A program made the position numbers and the translations under genes. Below, piece after piece: positions 45,497 to 55,504 of a DNA stretch of 64,000 nt (positions are counted from its first letter, which is position 1; every line of letters starts with the position of its first letter). Origin of the DNA: a virus (lineage: Duplodnaviria > Heunggongvirae > Uroviricota > Caudoviricetes); the IMG/VR virus record IMGVR_UViG_2667527592_000002. One strand, written 5' to 3'. A model generated the notes under the pieces. It was given only the letters and a program-made list of their open reading frames with translations, was not told where the DNA came from and did no database searches.

Positions 45497-45889
45497 TCAT
45501 TGTCGCCATGCATTTTTTAACTCAGGAATATCTGCCATTTCAATTAACTTGCGAAGTCCAGCACTGACTTTCCCATTGCCAACCATAGCAAGCCAATCTC
45601 TTACAGCTTTCGGCATGTAGAGCGTTGCAGTTACCGGCTCTTCAACCCTGGCAGGACATCCGCATACAGGCCATTTAATTGATTCCATAACTTCGGATGC
45701 CGGGGTGAGGGCGGGGACATTGAGTATATCTCTACCAGAAAACTGGATAACGATCCGTTCAGCGAGCGAGAGTATCTCACTTTCGGCAAGAATTGATGCC
45801 AACTGCGCCTCAACAAGAAAGCGACTTGTTGTGTTCAGAGAGTGGCTCTTAGCGCCATTTTTATACGAAACAAAGATTCGATACGCCAT
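45497..45889 (-). CDS. hypothetical protein (130 aa)
   Basis: ORF track; operator-like motif 12-31 bp upstream. Confidence 0.45.
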   Translation of the reverse strand: MAYRIFVSYKNGAKSHSLNTTSRFLVEAQLASILAESEILSLAERIVIQFSGRDILNVPALTPASEVMESIKWPVCGCPARVEEPVTATLYMPKAVRDWLAMVGNGKVSAGLRKLIEMADIPELKNAWRQ

Positions 45890-45900
45890 AACTCTAATGA

Positions 45901-45920
45901 TTTGTGTTAGAAAACTAAAA
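45901..45920 (-). promoter_or_regulatory. operator-like motif (minus strand TTTTAGTTTTCTAACACAAA)
   Basis: Recurring motif between divergent 45889 and 46048 genes. Confidence 0.45.
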
Positions 45921-46047
45921 TTAAATCACATAACAACATGCGTGTTAATAGATTTTATTTTACTAAACCTATTGACTAAATCACAAAGTAGGTATTGTTA
46001 GCCCGTCAAAAGAACCTTCACGCCGCGCCCGAATTTAGGGCTTAACC

Positions 46048-47745
46048 GTGAATAAAAACATTCAGCCAGCTCGTGATCGCGAGCGCGAGATTATGAATCG
46101 GGCGGCAAGCGTCATGGCTATGACCGTCGATCCGACCACCGATGCAGCAGGCAACATGATTGCTGACCAGGCAGTAATGATGGAAAACCTGGATAAAGCA
46201 ATCCAGAAAGTGCCTATGTTTGAAGGCGTAAATCCAGAGGTCGCTCGTCAGATCACTGGTGGGTGGGCTATGTCTCTGCATGAGTATAAACGTCAACATG
46301 GTCATTACCCGGCAAGTGACATCCTGGCGAACGCACACATGGCTCTTGAACGCCTGATGACTGAATGTGCCAGTGATACCCATGAAGGCACGGGTAAGGC
46401 AATGTTTGAGTCTGTCGCGCAATCAATGCGTAGCTCTGACGGCGTAATGAAAGTTGCTCAATATGCTGCTCTAATTCTGCCTGCCTCTCTGGGCGCTGCT
46501 ACCAGTGATGCCTGTACTTTTGTTCCTTGTGATCGTGACGAGTCAAATATTTATGAACTGGTCAACGTAGCAGGCACAAAATTCGGCACCTTCAAACAAG
46601 GTGACGAACTGAATATGCAGTCAGCTGGTGTTTATTCTCAAATGAAGCGCCTGTATACCCTTTCCACTAAAGGGGATGGCAGCACCAAAACCTTCCAGTT
46701 CGACATCCAAAATTTTGAGGGACAATCCTGCCCGCTTCGCGCTGGTTATAACAAACTGCTGATCAACCGCAAACCGTCCAAAGTTGACGACGGCGATGGC
46801 AACCTTTATTTCAATGCTAAAGACAGCAAAGGCAATGCTTTCTCAGCGACTGCCAAAGTTGCCTATGACACTGGTGTCATTGACATTACATTTACCCAGG
46901 CTCCGCCAGAAGGTACTGAAATTGCTGTTCAGGTCGAAATTAACATCGAGCGCAATCCAAGCCTGATTCCTGTGATCAACCAGGCTATGCGTAAGTACGA
47001 AGTTCGTCCGTCCCAGTACGTAATTGCTTCCGAACACACGGTAATGTCCGCATCCGATTTAAGCCGTGAGCACGGCCTTGAATTAGCGGCACTTCAGTTC
47101 TCCGCGATGCGTAACTGGATCTCCCATGAAACCGACATCATGCGTCTGCGCACCCTGGTATTCCATACCGTTTATGGTCGTGAATTTGATGTGGCTCTGC
47201 CGGAAGCTCAAAACTATGAGTCCTGGGTCGGCCTCCTGCGTCACGTAGTAAACGCTCTGTCTCAAGAAATGGCAAATCGTACCCTGACAACGGGTATTCG
47301 TGGCGGCTTTGCTGGTGGTGACGCCGCGAACTTCCTGCGCTCTCTGCCTCCACAGCACTTCCAGATCGCACCAGGTTACGTTCAGTCGCCGTATGTACAG
47401 TACATCGGCACCCTGTTTGGCACGATTCGTATTTACGAAGTGCCGCAACCTGTCTGTGAGCAATTCCAGGCACAGGGATATGACTTCGGGCTGGATGACA
47501 TCTTCTTCTATGGGCGTGGCGAAGGCATCGGTAAAGCCGGTCTGATTGCTGGTGATGCAGTCCCTGCAATCCCTTACGTGCATGAAACCAATCCGTCTCT
47601 CGTTAACCGTACCACTCTCTGGGGCAGTGCCATCAACGAAGTACATCCTCGCAACGGTGAAAACTACTTCACCCGCCTGCGTCTGACTCGTGCCAAAGAA
47701 GGCGCTATCGACATGCTGTCAGGCAAGGTTAACGAAAAAAAGTGA
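46048..47745 (+). CDS. putative major head (capsid) protein
   Basis: 565 aa; first large ORF of virion block, followed by Ig-like ORF; by size and position only; GTG start uncertain. Confidence 0.4.
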   Translation: MNKNIQPARDREREIMNRAASVMAMTVDPTTDAAGNMIADQAVMMENLDKAIQKVPMFEGVNPEVARQITGGWAMSLHEYKRQHGHYPASDILANAHMALERLMTECASDTHEGTGKAMFESVAQSMRSSDGVMKVAQYAALILPASLGAATSDACTFVPCDRDESNIYELVNVAGTKFGTFKQGDELNMQSAGVYSQMKRLYTLSTKGDGSTKTFQFDIQNFEGQSCPLRAGYNKLLINRKPSKVDDGDGNLYFNAKDSKGNAFSATAKVAYDTGVIDITFTQAPPEGTEIAVQVEINIERNPSLIPVINQAMRKYEVRPSQYVIASEHTVMSASDLSREHGLELAALQFSAMRNWISHETDIMRLRTLVFHTVYGREFDVALPEAQNYESWVGLLRHVVNALSQEMANRTLTTGIRGGFAGGDAANFLRSLPPQHFQIAPGYVQSPYVQYIGTLFGTIRIYEVPQPVCEQFQAQGYDFGLDDIFFYGRGEGIGKAGLIAGDAVPAIPYVHETNPSLVNRTTLWGSAINEVHPRNGENYFTRLRLTRAKEGAIDMLSGKVNEKK

Positions 47746-47892
47746 TGGTGGCGAACGTGTCGGTATCACCAACGTCACTTGACGTAGATGAAGGTGAAAC
47801 TATCGCCGCGAACACTTCAAAGGCACAGAAAAAAACAAAGCAGAAGTAAGGCAAAAACACGCCCCTGAATAAGGGGCGTTCAGGAGAAAAGA

Positions 47893-48171
47893 ATGGCAAA
47901 CATTCAAGTAACTATCTCGCCATCTGACGCAACAGACAAATCTTTCACTGTTGAGTCCGATCACCCTGAAATTGTCCAGGTTGATGGCACTACATGTACC
48001 GCTCTTAAGGCCGGGCAGGCAGTGCTGACAATCAAAACCAATGACGGCAATAAAACCGCACAGTGCACAGTCACTGTTAGGGAGGCACCTAAAAGCGTAA
48101 GCGCCGTCAGTGTTGAACCAACTACGAAAGAAGTAACCGTAGGCGACAACTTCACGGTAAGCGAATCCTGA
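47893..48171 (+). CDS. bacterial Ig-like (Big_2-type) domain protein
   Basis: 92 aa; TISPSDAT ... VTVREAPKSVSAVSV pattern. Confidence 0.5.
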   Translation: MANIQVTISPSDATDKSFTVESDHPEIVQVDGTTCTALKAGQAVLTIKTNDGNKTAQCTVTVREAPKSVSAVSVEPTTKEVTVGDNFTVSES

Positions 48172-48238
48172 TCAGAGGCTGCCCATTAACCGTGGGTAGC
48201 CTTGCCTCGTTCTCTCGCTTTAGAGGATAAGAACCAGC

Positions 48239-49897
48239 ATGAATAAGATTAGTTTTTCGGTAGGGCAGGCAGCTGGCGTTGCTGTAATGTCAGTAAATGC
48301 TGACGCTACCCTCACCAATACCAGCGGTGGCGCTTCCGTCTTTGCTGGGCTTGTAATATCGCGTCGTGGCGCACCGGGTAAGGTACTGAAAGTTGACGAT
48401 ACGACTTATCAAAGCGTATTAGGTTCACCGATTCACCCTCGCCTGGGCGCGGCATTTGAACCATACCGCCACGTGGAGCGTGCAGTAAAAGGCGGTTCTG
48501 GATATGTCGTTCGAGTTTGCGCTAAAGACATGAAGGTACCGGGTATTTCTGTTTCCGTTGTGGGCAGAGCAAAAGCGGCAAAGGCGAGTAAAGAACTTTC
48601 CGTTGAACCAACTGAAACCACAGTAAATCCAGGTGACACATTAAGCGTTGGTGTTGCTTCAACAGCAACGACTCAATCAGTGGTCTTCACACCAAAAGAG
48701 ACGCCTCAGATAAAAGGTGATGAGAAAGCATTATTCTTCATCAAAGATGGTGATGCATCTCAAAATCGCACGTTATCACTAACCCGCGATAATGAAGAAA
48801 GCGAACTCTTTACGCTGACGCTGAAAGAAAAACAAACTGATGGGTCCATTGAGGTACTGGAAAGCCACCAGGTGTCCTTCAATCCAGAAGGCACTAACGA
48901 CATGGGCCAACCTGCATGGATTCCGACACTGCTTGAAAGCCAGTCCACTCGCATTGGTGCCGTGCTGGCAGATGATGCAGAAGCATCTGCTGCTCAACTC
49001 ATTTTTGAGGATGTAGCTTTTGAAGGTGGTACTGATGGCGATCTGTCCACAATTAACACTGAAGACTATCTGGAAGCATTAAAGGTTCTCGAAGCTTCAG
49101 AGGTTAATTACACCGCATTGCTGTCACTGGGTTGTTATGACGCATCCGCCTTAGCCGCAATCAAAAAGCTGGCTGAAGATGTTCGCGTAGACATGTTCTA
49201 TGACCTGAAGGGTAACCAGACACCTGAAAACGCTATTTCAGAAGCGAAAAGCCATAGTTTTGGCGGCTCACATCAACCAAGCCGTTACTACTTCCCGCTT
49301 TCCTGCCGAGATACCTTCACTGGGATGAATGTCGTCTATGGCATTAGTTGCGACGCATTCGTAGCGAAAGCAAAAGGAGTTGCGCTGGTACCGGATGTTG
49401 GTGGTTGGCATTACGCACCCGCAGGTATATCACGCGCGATTATTGATCGACAGAACATTGCCCGAATTCCAAATATCGGTGCGGTTGATCGTGAAGCGTT
49501 CGTTCTTGCGCGCATTAATCCAGTTTCAGTTGCTGCTGACGGGTCCGTTTACATTGACGACTCTTTAACAACTTACAGCAAAAACAACTATCTGCGATTC
49601 CAGCATGTGTCTTCCTTGATGAACGCCATCGCCAGAAATTTCTATGACGTAGCTCAGGCGATTAAGCACGAACCGGATGGCATTACCAAAGAAACGCTCA
49701 TGAAAGCAATGACTGAATTGCTTGACCGTTACGTTGCAGCCGGTGCGCTGGTTACTCCACGTGACAAATCCCAGGGCGAAGATCCATATGTTGTTCAGGT
49801 TGTCCAAAAGGACATCGATCTGTGGGAAGTGTCCTGGTCTGTTTGTCCGACCGGTACAGCTCGCCGAATCGTCGGTAAGCCAATTCTGATGCGCTGA
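48239..49897 (+). CDS. putative tail sheath protein
   Basis: 552 aa; AGAGG RBS; by size and position in a contractile-tail gene set only. Confidence 0.4.
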   Translation: MNKISFSVGQAAGVAVMSVNADATLTNTSGGASVFAGLVISRRGAPGKVLKVDDTTYQSVLGSPIHPRLGAAFEPYRHVERAVKGGSGYVVRVCAKDMKVPGISVSVVGRAKAAKASKELSVEPTETTVNPGDTLSVGVASTATTQSVVFTPKETPQIKGDEKALFFIKDGDASQNRTLSLTRDNEESELFTLTLKEKQTDGSIEVLESHQVSFNPEGTNDMGQPAWIPTLLESQSTRIGAVLADDAEASAAQLIFEDVAFEGGTDGDLSTINTEDYLEALKVLEASEVNYTALLSLGCYDASALAAIKKLAEDVRVDMFYDLKGNQTPENAISEAKSHSFGGSHQPSRYYFPLSCRDTFTGMNVVYGISCDAFVAKAKGVALVPDVGGWHYAPAGISRAIIDRQNIARIPNIGAVDREAFVLARINPVSVAADGSVYIDDSLTTYSKNNYLRFQHVSSLMNAIARNFYDVAQAIKHEPDGITKETLMKAMTELLDRYVAAGALVTPRDKSQGEDPYVVQVVQKDIDLWEVSWSVCPTGTARRIVGKPILMR

Positions 49898-49941
49898 TTT
49901 ATAACCCCCCGCTAAATGATGCGGGGGAAAGAGGTTTGAAT

Positions 49942-50676
49942 ATGAAAAATTATACTGCTGATCCTTTTATGCGTGCGATTTTCGGTTCTGGCTGCTTTGA
50001 AAGCGGTGATAAATCCACGCAGGACAATAATGATAACGCCATGCTGGAAAGCGCAGGACAGAAAGGGAAGGACACTCAACCAAAGCCCAAAGACGACATT
50101 GAAACCGCAATGATGGAAGCGGTTGAATCCCGTGCACAAGGTGATATGCGCAGCCTGGCAGCTTCCATGCTTGCTGGTTGGGTTGAAGATGGTGATCCGG
50201 AGGCTGACTCATTTGATGCATTAGCAATCACTATGGCTGGTCTGGCTGATATCGATGAAGACACCGATTTCACCGATGAGCAAATCGATGCTTATAACGA
50301 TGCTCTCGCAGCTCTTGCTGATGCAGCTGTTGCGCTTGGCGCTGATCAGGACGATGTAACCGAAATGATCGACGATGAAGATGACTCAGCTGCCGAACGT
50401 GTTTATGACGCTCTTTCCGAAAGCGACACCGACATGATGGAAACAGCTATTGCCATTTACACCGTTGCTGGTGGTGATAGCGCAATGCTGGAAGCGGTAC
50501 GTAAAAAAGTGGTTCGTGATGGCAAGGTTACCATCATCCGTAAACGCCCGCGTCCTCGCCGCATGACGTCATTGCAAAAACAGGCGCTGAAAAAAGCACG
50601 CCGCAAAGCACATACATCCGTAGCGAATATCAACCGCAAAAAATCAATGCGCATTCGCAAAAAACGCGGTTTGTAA
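49942..50676 (+). CDS. highly acidic protein with strongly basic C-terminal tail
   Basis: ATG 49942 after GAGG; long D/E-rich segment then RKRPRPRR...RKKSMRIRKKRGL. Confidence 0.5.
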   Translation: MKNYTADPFMRAIFGSGCFESGDKSTQDNNDNAMLESAGQKGKDTQPKPKDDIETAMMEAVESRAQGDMRSLAASMLAGWVEDGDPEADSFDALAITMAGLADIDEDTDFTDEQIDAYNDALAALADAAVALGADQDDVTEMIDDEDDSAAERVYDALSESDTDMMETAIAIYTVAGGDSAMLEAVRKKVVRDGKVTIIRKRPRPRRMTSLQKQALKKARRKAHTSVANINRKKSMRIRKKRGL

Positions 50677-50725
50677 GTGACATAGGCCGCCTGCAAAGGT
50701 GGCCTCTACCTGGGAGAAATAGCGT

Positions 50726-51316
50726 TTGATTTGCGGCGCGATAATGCCTGACGGAATAAGTCCGTTAATGAAGGTTTATATCCTCTCTTCAGAGGATATG
50801 GTCGTCGGTTATATCGGTGAAGGATCTACCGCAGAACTGTCATCAATGTGGCAATCACCATTTGAAAACCAGTCAGTAGGAGGTTTGCTTGGCGGTATTA
50901 GCGCTGCGGCTGGCTCTCTTGCAGATACGCTTCAGACCGCAACCGGCGTAACAACAAAAACCCTCTTCAACTCAATGCTTGTTTGGGAAGGTCAGCAACC
51001 GCCTGAATTTAATCTGGTAATTGATTTCATGGCGACAACGAACGCGCAACTTGAAGTGAACGCAGCCATTACAGCATTGCTGAAGATGGAATCGCCGGAA
51101 CTGAACAATGTAGCGCCATTCGGTCGTCGCCCTGAGACAGTAACGTTAAACATAGGTAGGAACATAGCCCTTACCGACGTTGTTATCAAAAGCGTGAGTT
51201 ACCAACTGGACGCCCCACGCACACCGGAAGGCTATTTCACTCATAACACGGTAACCCTGCAATGCAGCGGAAACACCTCGATTAACCGTAGCAACATATC
51301 ATCTGTTTTTGTGTAG
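50726..51316 (+). CDS. hypothetical virion protein (196 aa)
   Basis: ORF track; start uncertain. Confidence 0.4.
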   Translation: MICGAIMPDGISPLMKVYILSSEDMVVGYIGEGSTAELSSMWQSPFENQSVGGLLGGISAAAGSLADTLQTATGVTTKTLFNSMLVWEGQQPPEFNLVIDFMATTNAQLEVNAAITALLKMESPELNNVAPFGRRPETVTLNIGRNIALTDVVIKSVSYQLDAPRTPEGYFTHNTVTLQCSGNTSINRSNISSVFV

Positions 51317-51324
51317 GAGTATTT

Positions 51325-51816
51325 ATGTCCGGTTTTGCAAATACAAAAGCCGATATCGCTTTTCTGAAATCCCGGTTGAACAAAAACCTGGCAGCGGGCG
51401 AAAAACTTATTGGTTCAGAATTCTGGATGACTATTAAAGGTTACGAAAAACTATCTGTACTTGTTCGTACCACTCAGTTGCCGGAAATGACACGCGAAGA
51501 CGTGGAAGACTATGGTCCTGGCGGCATGAAGATCAACCAGCACGGGCCATTGCGTAACTCAGGTGAATTCCAGGTCACCTGCTCTGAAACCATCGAAGGG
51601 GATGTTCTGGCAGCCGTAAAACAAATGGTATATGGCAAAGAATATCTGGAAATTACCTTACAGGCAGCGGCTGAATCCAATAGCGGTAACCATAAAGGTC
51701 TGATCCGCACATATTATCACTGCAAAGTGTATTCCGACGCAGTGGACTTCTCCACCGAAGACGTAACAGCAGTCGTTAAGCCTTCCCTGCGTATTGTTTA
51801 CAACTGGGTAGAGTGA
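51325..51816 (+). CDS. putative tail tube protein
   Basis: 163 aa; size and position only. Confidence 0.4.
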   Translation: MSGFANTKADIAFLKSRLNKNLAAGEKLIGSEFWMTIKGYEKLSVLVRTTQLPEMTREDVEDYGPGGMKINQHGPLRNSGEFQVTCSETIEGDVLAAVKQMVYGKEYLEITLQAAAESNSGNHKGLIRTYYHCKVYSDAVDFSTEDVTAVVKPSLRIVYNWVE

Positions 51817-51868
51817 TCTCTTTCCCGCCCTTGTGGCGGGAACTCCTTGTATTTGAGTTGTAGGTACG

Positions 51869-52420
51869 ATGACACCAACCGAATTATTAGAAAGCGTTAA
51901 AGCACGATTTAATCCACTGCTTGTGCGTGAAGAAGAAACGCTGAAAGCCTTCTTGATCAAAGCTCTGACCACGTATCAAGACAGGGCAGGGGTAGTGAAA
52001 ACGTTAAAACTTGAAAGAGCTGGTGGTACTGCAATCCCGTTGCCAGAAGATTATCTCTCTCTGGTTCATGTTACCGACAACAACGGCCTGTTGGTCTATT
52101 CGGATGAATTATCCGGCTTTATTGAATTAGAGCTAACAGGTTCAGAACGCTGGCCTTTTCGAATGCTGTATCTGGTTAATCTACGCGACAGAAAGCTGGA
52201 TGAATGGCAAGTGCCTCCTGCAATCATTGGAATGCTGGAGGAATATCTGGAGGCGCTTATCAATGTAAGAAATGTCGCCCGGCAGCGTAGAGCGTCCATC
52301 GACGGGAAATTTGACTACTCCGATCTTCCCGATGAAGCCACGCTATATGCCCGCGTGCAGGAGATTGAGGAAAAAATGTCCTCAAACCGGGCCATTATTC
52401 CGGGGGCTACCATTTTTTAA
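51869..52420 (+). CDS. hypothetical tail protein (183 aa)
   Basis: ORF track. Confidence 0.45.
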   Translation: MTPTELLESVKARFNPLLVREEETLKAFLIKALTTYQDRAGVVKTLKLERAGGTAIPLPEDYLSLVHVTDNNGLLVYSDELSGFIELELTGSERWPFRMLYLVNLRDRKLDEWQVPPAIIGMLEEYLEALINVRNVARQRRASIDGKFDYSDLPDEATLYARVQEIEEKMSSNRAIIPGATIF

Positions 52421-52435
52421 CGCTGGAGGCGCAGA

Positions 52436-53143
52436 GTGAGTATTTTCAGCAGCGTTGGTAGAACGTTGACCACCGCATTGTCATTCAACACGAAATCATT
52501 CACCAGCAACCTCATTAGCGACATTCTTGATAAAGCCATATCAGGCGGCGGGGTAAGCGGGAATTACAGTAGCGATATTGTCTACGGAAAAAATATTGTT
52601 GCTGCCGCTATGCGTATCCGTTACGCCCAGGGGTGGCAGTGGACCGTTGAAGTGGATGGTCTGAACGGCTTCGATATGTTCGTGAAGGATATCACCTACA
52701 GCAGTGGGAACATCGAGACAGAAAGCAAGGTGATCGGCAGCGTAGAATTCAGCAAGCCAACCTATGTTAGCGCCGGACCGGTCACTATGACCGTGAGGGA
52801 TACCGAAGATGGCAAGATCATGGACTGGTTCAAAGAGCGTCGTTCTCGTGTAACAAATCCTGATGGAACAATAAACCTTCCTCCGGAATATCTGATGAAA
52901 ATCCGTGTCTACCGGGTAACTCAGGACGGCGGAAAAGAACTGGAAGAAGAAATGCGCGTATTTCCTACACAACTTGGGGAAATCACTCGCTCACGTGATC
53001 AGGTGTCAGAGTTCTTGTCATACCCAATCACTTTCCAGAAATACACATCCGCAGGCTCAGGTGTTTCTGCTTTGGTCAACGGTGCCGCTGGAATGGCTAC
53101 AAGTGCGTTAAAGGGGGCTGTGAGTGGAGTGATCAAATTCTGA
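52436..53143 (+). CDS. hypothetical tail protein (235 aa)
   Basis: ORF track. Confidence 0.45.
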   Translation: MSIFSSVGRTLTTALSFNTKSFTSNLISDILDKAISGGGVSGNYSSDIVYGKNIVAAAMRIRYAQGWQWTVEVDGLNGFDMFVKDITYSSGNIETESKVIGSVEFSKPTYVSAGPVTMTVRDTEDGKIMDWFKERRSRVTNPDGTINLPPEYLMKIRVYRVTQDGGKELEEEMRVFPTQLGEITRSRDQVSEFLSYPITFQKYTSAGSGVSALVNGAAGMATSALKGAVSGVIKF

Positions 53144-53233
53144 ATAGCTTTAATTATGTGTGCTGGAGGGTTGCTCATTTCCCGTCAGCACCCACGCCCT
53201 CAACGATAGCGGGTAGGGAAGGAAGCGCAATTT

Positions 53234-53528
53234 TGAGGGCATTTTTTACATCATCAATCCATCTGTAATGAAGGCATTCTTTACACATTTCAATAATATC
53301 AATCAGTTAACACCGTGAATGATAATGAAAAAGCACAATAAGAATGCCAGAAACACACGATATTGGTTGAGGGCAATTTTTACATAAACCTTAAATATCA
53401 ATAGGTTATATAAAAACACAACTTGCTAATAACAAGATACATGCAATTAAGATGTAAAAATTGCCCTCAATTGCCGATCGTTAAGGGCAAATTCTACACC
53501 TTGAGAGGGGTGTAAAAATTGCCCTTAA
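53234..53528. repeat. incA-like iteron array downstream of repA (about 6 copies, both orientations)
   Basis: 19-bp units TGAGGGCA(A/T)TTTTTACA(T/C)C at about 53234, 53270, 53367, 53451(rev), 53482, 53509(rev); last overlaps repA stop. Confidence 0.6.
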
Positions 53529-54280
53529 GACTGCTGATAGGTAAATTTTATCCTGGTAACTTTGCCGCCTTCCGTCACCTCTGAGAAGACTATTTTCATT
53601 TTTGTATTTTTTTCAATCTCTGCTACAGCCTTCGTTAAAAAACTTCTCTTAAATTCGGCATACCGCTGATAGCTTTTTGGTAACCCATAACGCTCCCGCA
53701 TCCATTCGACGCCAAGTATGGCAAAGCCGCTTCCATCATCCTTCCTGTACTGGCATAAGGACTCATAAAGCCGCATAGAATAAGGATTTGTAAGGCGAGA
53801 CACTTCGGTAAAATTCAGCCTTGTGAATCTCTTATCAAGCAGAGTAAAAAACGGCATGAGATATGGATTAAGATGAATAATGTAAGTCCCGCGCCGTGGT
53901 GAATAGGCATCCTTAATCATCCAAGGATAAGACTCATAACTATCTTCTGATTCGGTCGATTCATCAGGGTTATATATCGTAACTTTCTTCTCGCTAAGCC
54001 CTGAAATGGCCTTACGAATATCCTTGCTGGCTTCAGCAGAGGGCAAATTATACATCTCTGCATATTCGTTGACCGTCAACTCACAGGCACCTGAACCAAG
54101 AACGCCATCCTTAGAAGCATAGCGAAGTCTTCCCACCACAATAAACAACAGTCGCTTTTGGTCGCGAGTCAGGTGATAAGCAGCCTCCGTGATCTCATTG
54201 GCTTGTGCCAAACTACGACTAATAGGTGTCGCTGACTCAATCAGGCTGACGGCTTTTGCTGTTAATTCCGCTCTGTTCAT
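53525..54280 (-). CDS. repA: iteron-binding replication initiator RepA (Rep_3 family)
   Basis: C-terminal MRERYGLPKSYQRYAEFKRSFLTKAVAEIEKNT ... KVTRIKF typical of Rep_3 initiators; flanked by iterons; ATG 54280. Confidence 0.85.
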   Translation of the reverse strand: MNRAELTAKAVSLIESATPISRSLAQANEITEAAYHLTRDQKRLLFIVVGRLRYASKDGVLGSGACELTVNEYAEMYNLPSAEASKDIRKAISGLSEKKVTIYNPDESTESEDSYESYPWMIKDAYSPRRGTYIIHLNPYLMPFFTLLDKRFTRLNFTEVSRLTNPYSMRLYESLCQYRKDDGSGFAILGVEWMRERYGLPKSYQRYAEFKRSFLTKAVAEIEKNTKMKIVFSEVTEGGKVTRIKFTYQQS

Positions 54281-54304
54281 AACCCTGTGTGATCCTTCAA
54301 ATGG

Positions 54305-54421
54305 TGAGGGCAATTTTTACATCACTTTGAGGGCAATTACTACACCTTTTGAGGGCAAATCTTACACCTTTTGAGGGCAAATCTTACACCGATCGTATTT
54401 AATTGAGGGCAAATCTTACAC
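54305..54421. repeat. oriR-like iteron array: five direct 19-bp iterons
   Basis: TGAGGGCAA(T/A)T(T/A)(T/C)TACA(T/C)C at 54305, 54327, 54349, 54371 (22-bp register), 54403; inverted copy at 54545-54564. Confidence 0.7.
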
Positions 54422-54517
54422 CAGTCTCCTCTACAGCCCGCGCCACTACTGGCTCCAGCGACGCCTAAAAAGGATCTAAAAAGGATTAAAAATGGAAAAA
54501 GGTTTATAAAAATACTC

Positions 54518-54526
54518 TGTGGATAT
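54518..54526 (-). promoter_or_regulatory. DnaA-box-like 9-mer (ATATCCACA)
   Basis: 8/9 match to TTATCCACA in AT-rich stretch between iterons. Confidence 0.35.
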
Positions 54527-54668
54527 GTGAGTAGCGTCACTTAAGGTGTAAAAATCACCCTCAATAATCGCTTCACGACCGGCAAAGATCTTCATTCAAT
54601 CCCCATCGCAAATCACACACTCCCTATCCTCTGGAAAATGAACAGATACCTGCTTTTCGGAGGAATAA

Positions 54669-55490
54669 TTGAACATTCCAAAATTCCCATTGCCTTCCCG
54701 TCCTGAGACAGAAATTCAGTTCCACGCCCCTACCGTGAAGGATGCGCTGAAATATTCTGACCTGAACCCGGCAGAAGATGAGGCAACTACTACAGAGTAC
54801 CTTAACTCTATGCAGGATGGTGAAATTAACGACAGTGCTAACTGGACAGTTCAGGATCGCAGAACTGCTCTTTGGTGGATATTTGTTAATTCGCGCCCCG
54901 ATGCAGTAATGACTTACTCCTATGAGTGCAGTCACTGCGGTAATACGCATCACGCCGATATAAACCTGGGCGATCTGGCTCAAACAGTAGAGATACTCAC
55001 TGTACCGCCTTACGTAAAAACCAACGTACCGGTAAACGGTGTACCAACTGACTGGATACTTAAACCATTAACCGGGAAAGGCGCGGAACTCCTTGAACGT
55101 ATGCGTGCGTCACTTCCTGATATGAAAAGCCCTGAATACAGTGCAGGCGTGGCCCGTATGCGCATTGCAGAACTCGCTTTATGCACGGCACTGGACGACG
55201 ATCCGGAAGACTTCACTCAAGCAGCTAACCGACGCTTCGACATCATTGAAAGCATGGCGCTTGAAACCGAGTTTACACCGCTTGTGGCTCGCATACAGCT
55301 TATGCAAAAAGACCTACGCCACGGCCTGAAAATGTCTATTGAGAGAGGCACAAGCCGACTGATCCTGCCTCCGCAACATTGCAAAAACGCTAAGGAGGGT
55401 GCAGATGTGACAACCACACTGTACGTCCCCTTTCTCAATAGAGAGTTTATCCCATCAATTAGATCTGAATGGATGGCTAACCATTATTAA
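54669..55490 (+). CDS. hypothetical protein (273 aa)
   Basis: ORF track. Confidence 0.5.
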   Translation: MNIPKFPLPSRPETEIQFHAPTVKDALKYSDLNPAEDEATTTEYLNSMQDGEINDSANWTVQDRRTALWWIFVNSRPDAVMTYSYECSHCGNTHHADINLGDLAQTVEILTVPPYVKTNVPVNGVPTDWILKPLTGKGAELLERMRASLPDMKSPEYSAGVARMRIAELALCTALDDDPEDFTQAANRRFDIIESMALETEFTPLVARIQLMQKDLRHGLKMSIERGTSRLILPPQHCKNAKEGADVTTTLYVPFLNREFIPSIRSEWMANHY

Positions 55491-55504
55491 CAACCTGACT
55501 CTAT

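Noticed and set aside
47856-47880. Hairpin ACGCCCCT-GAATA-AGGGGCGT between capsid-like and Ig-like genes as a terminator
   Set aside because: No U-tract follows on the plus strand; more likely an RNA stability or processing element, not annotated as a terminator.
53234-54564. Iteron arrays as a possible CRISPR array
   Set aside because: Repeats are about 19 bp at 22-bp spacing without unique spacers, occur in both orientations and flank a Rep_3 initiator gene; no cas genes.
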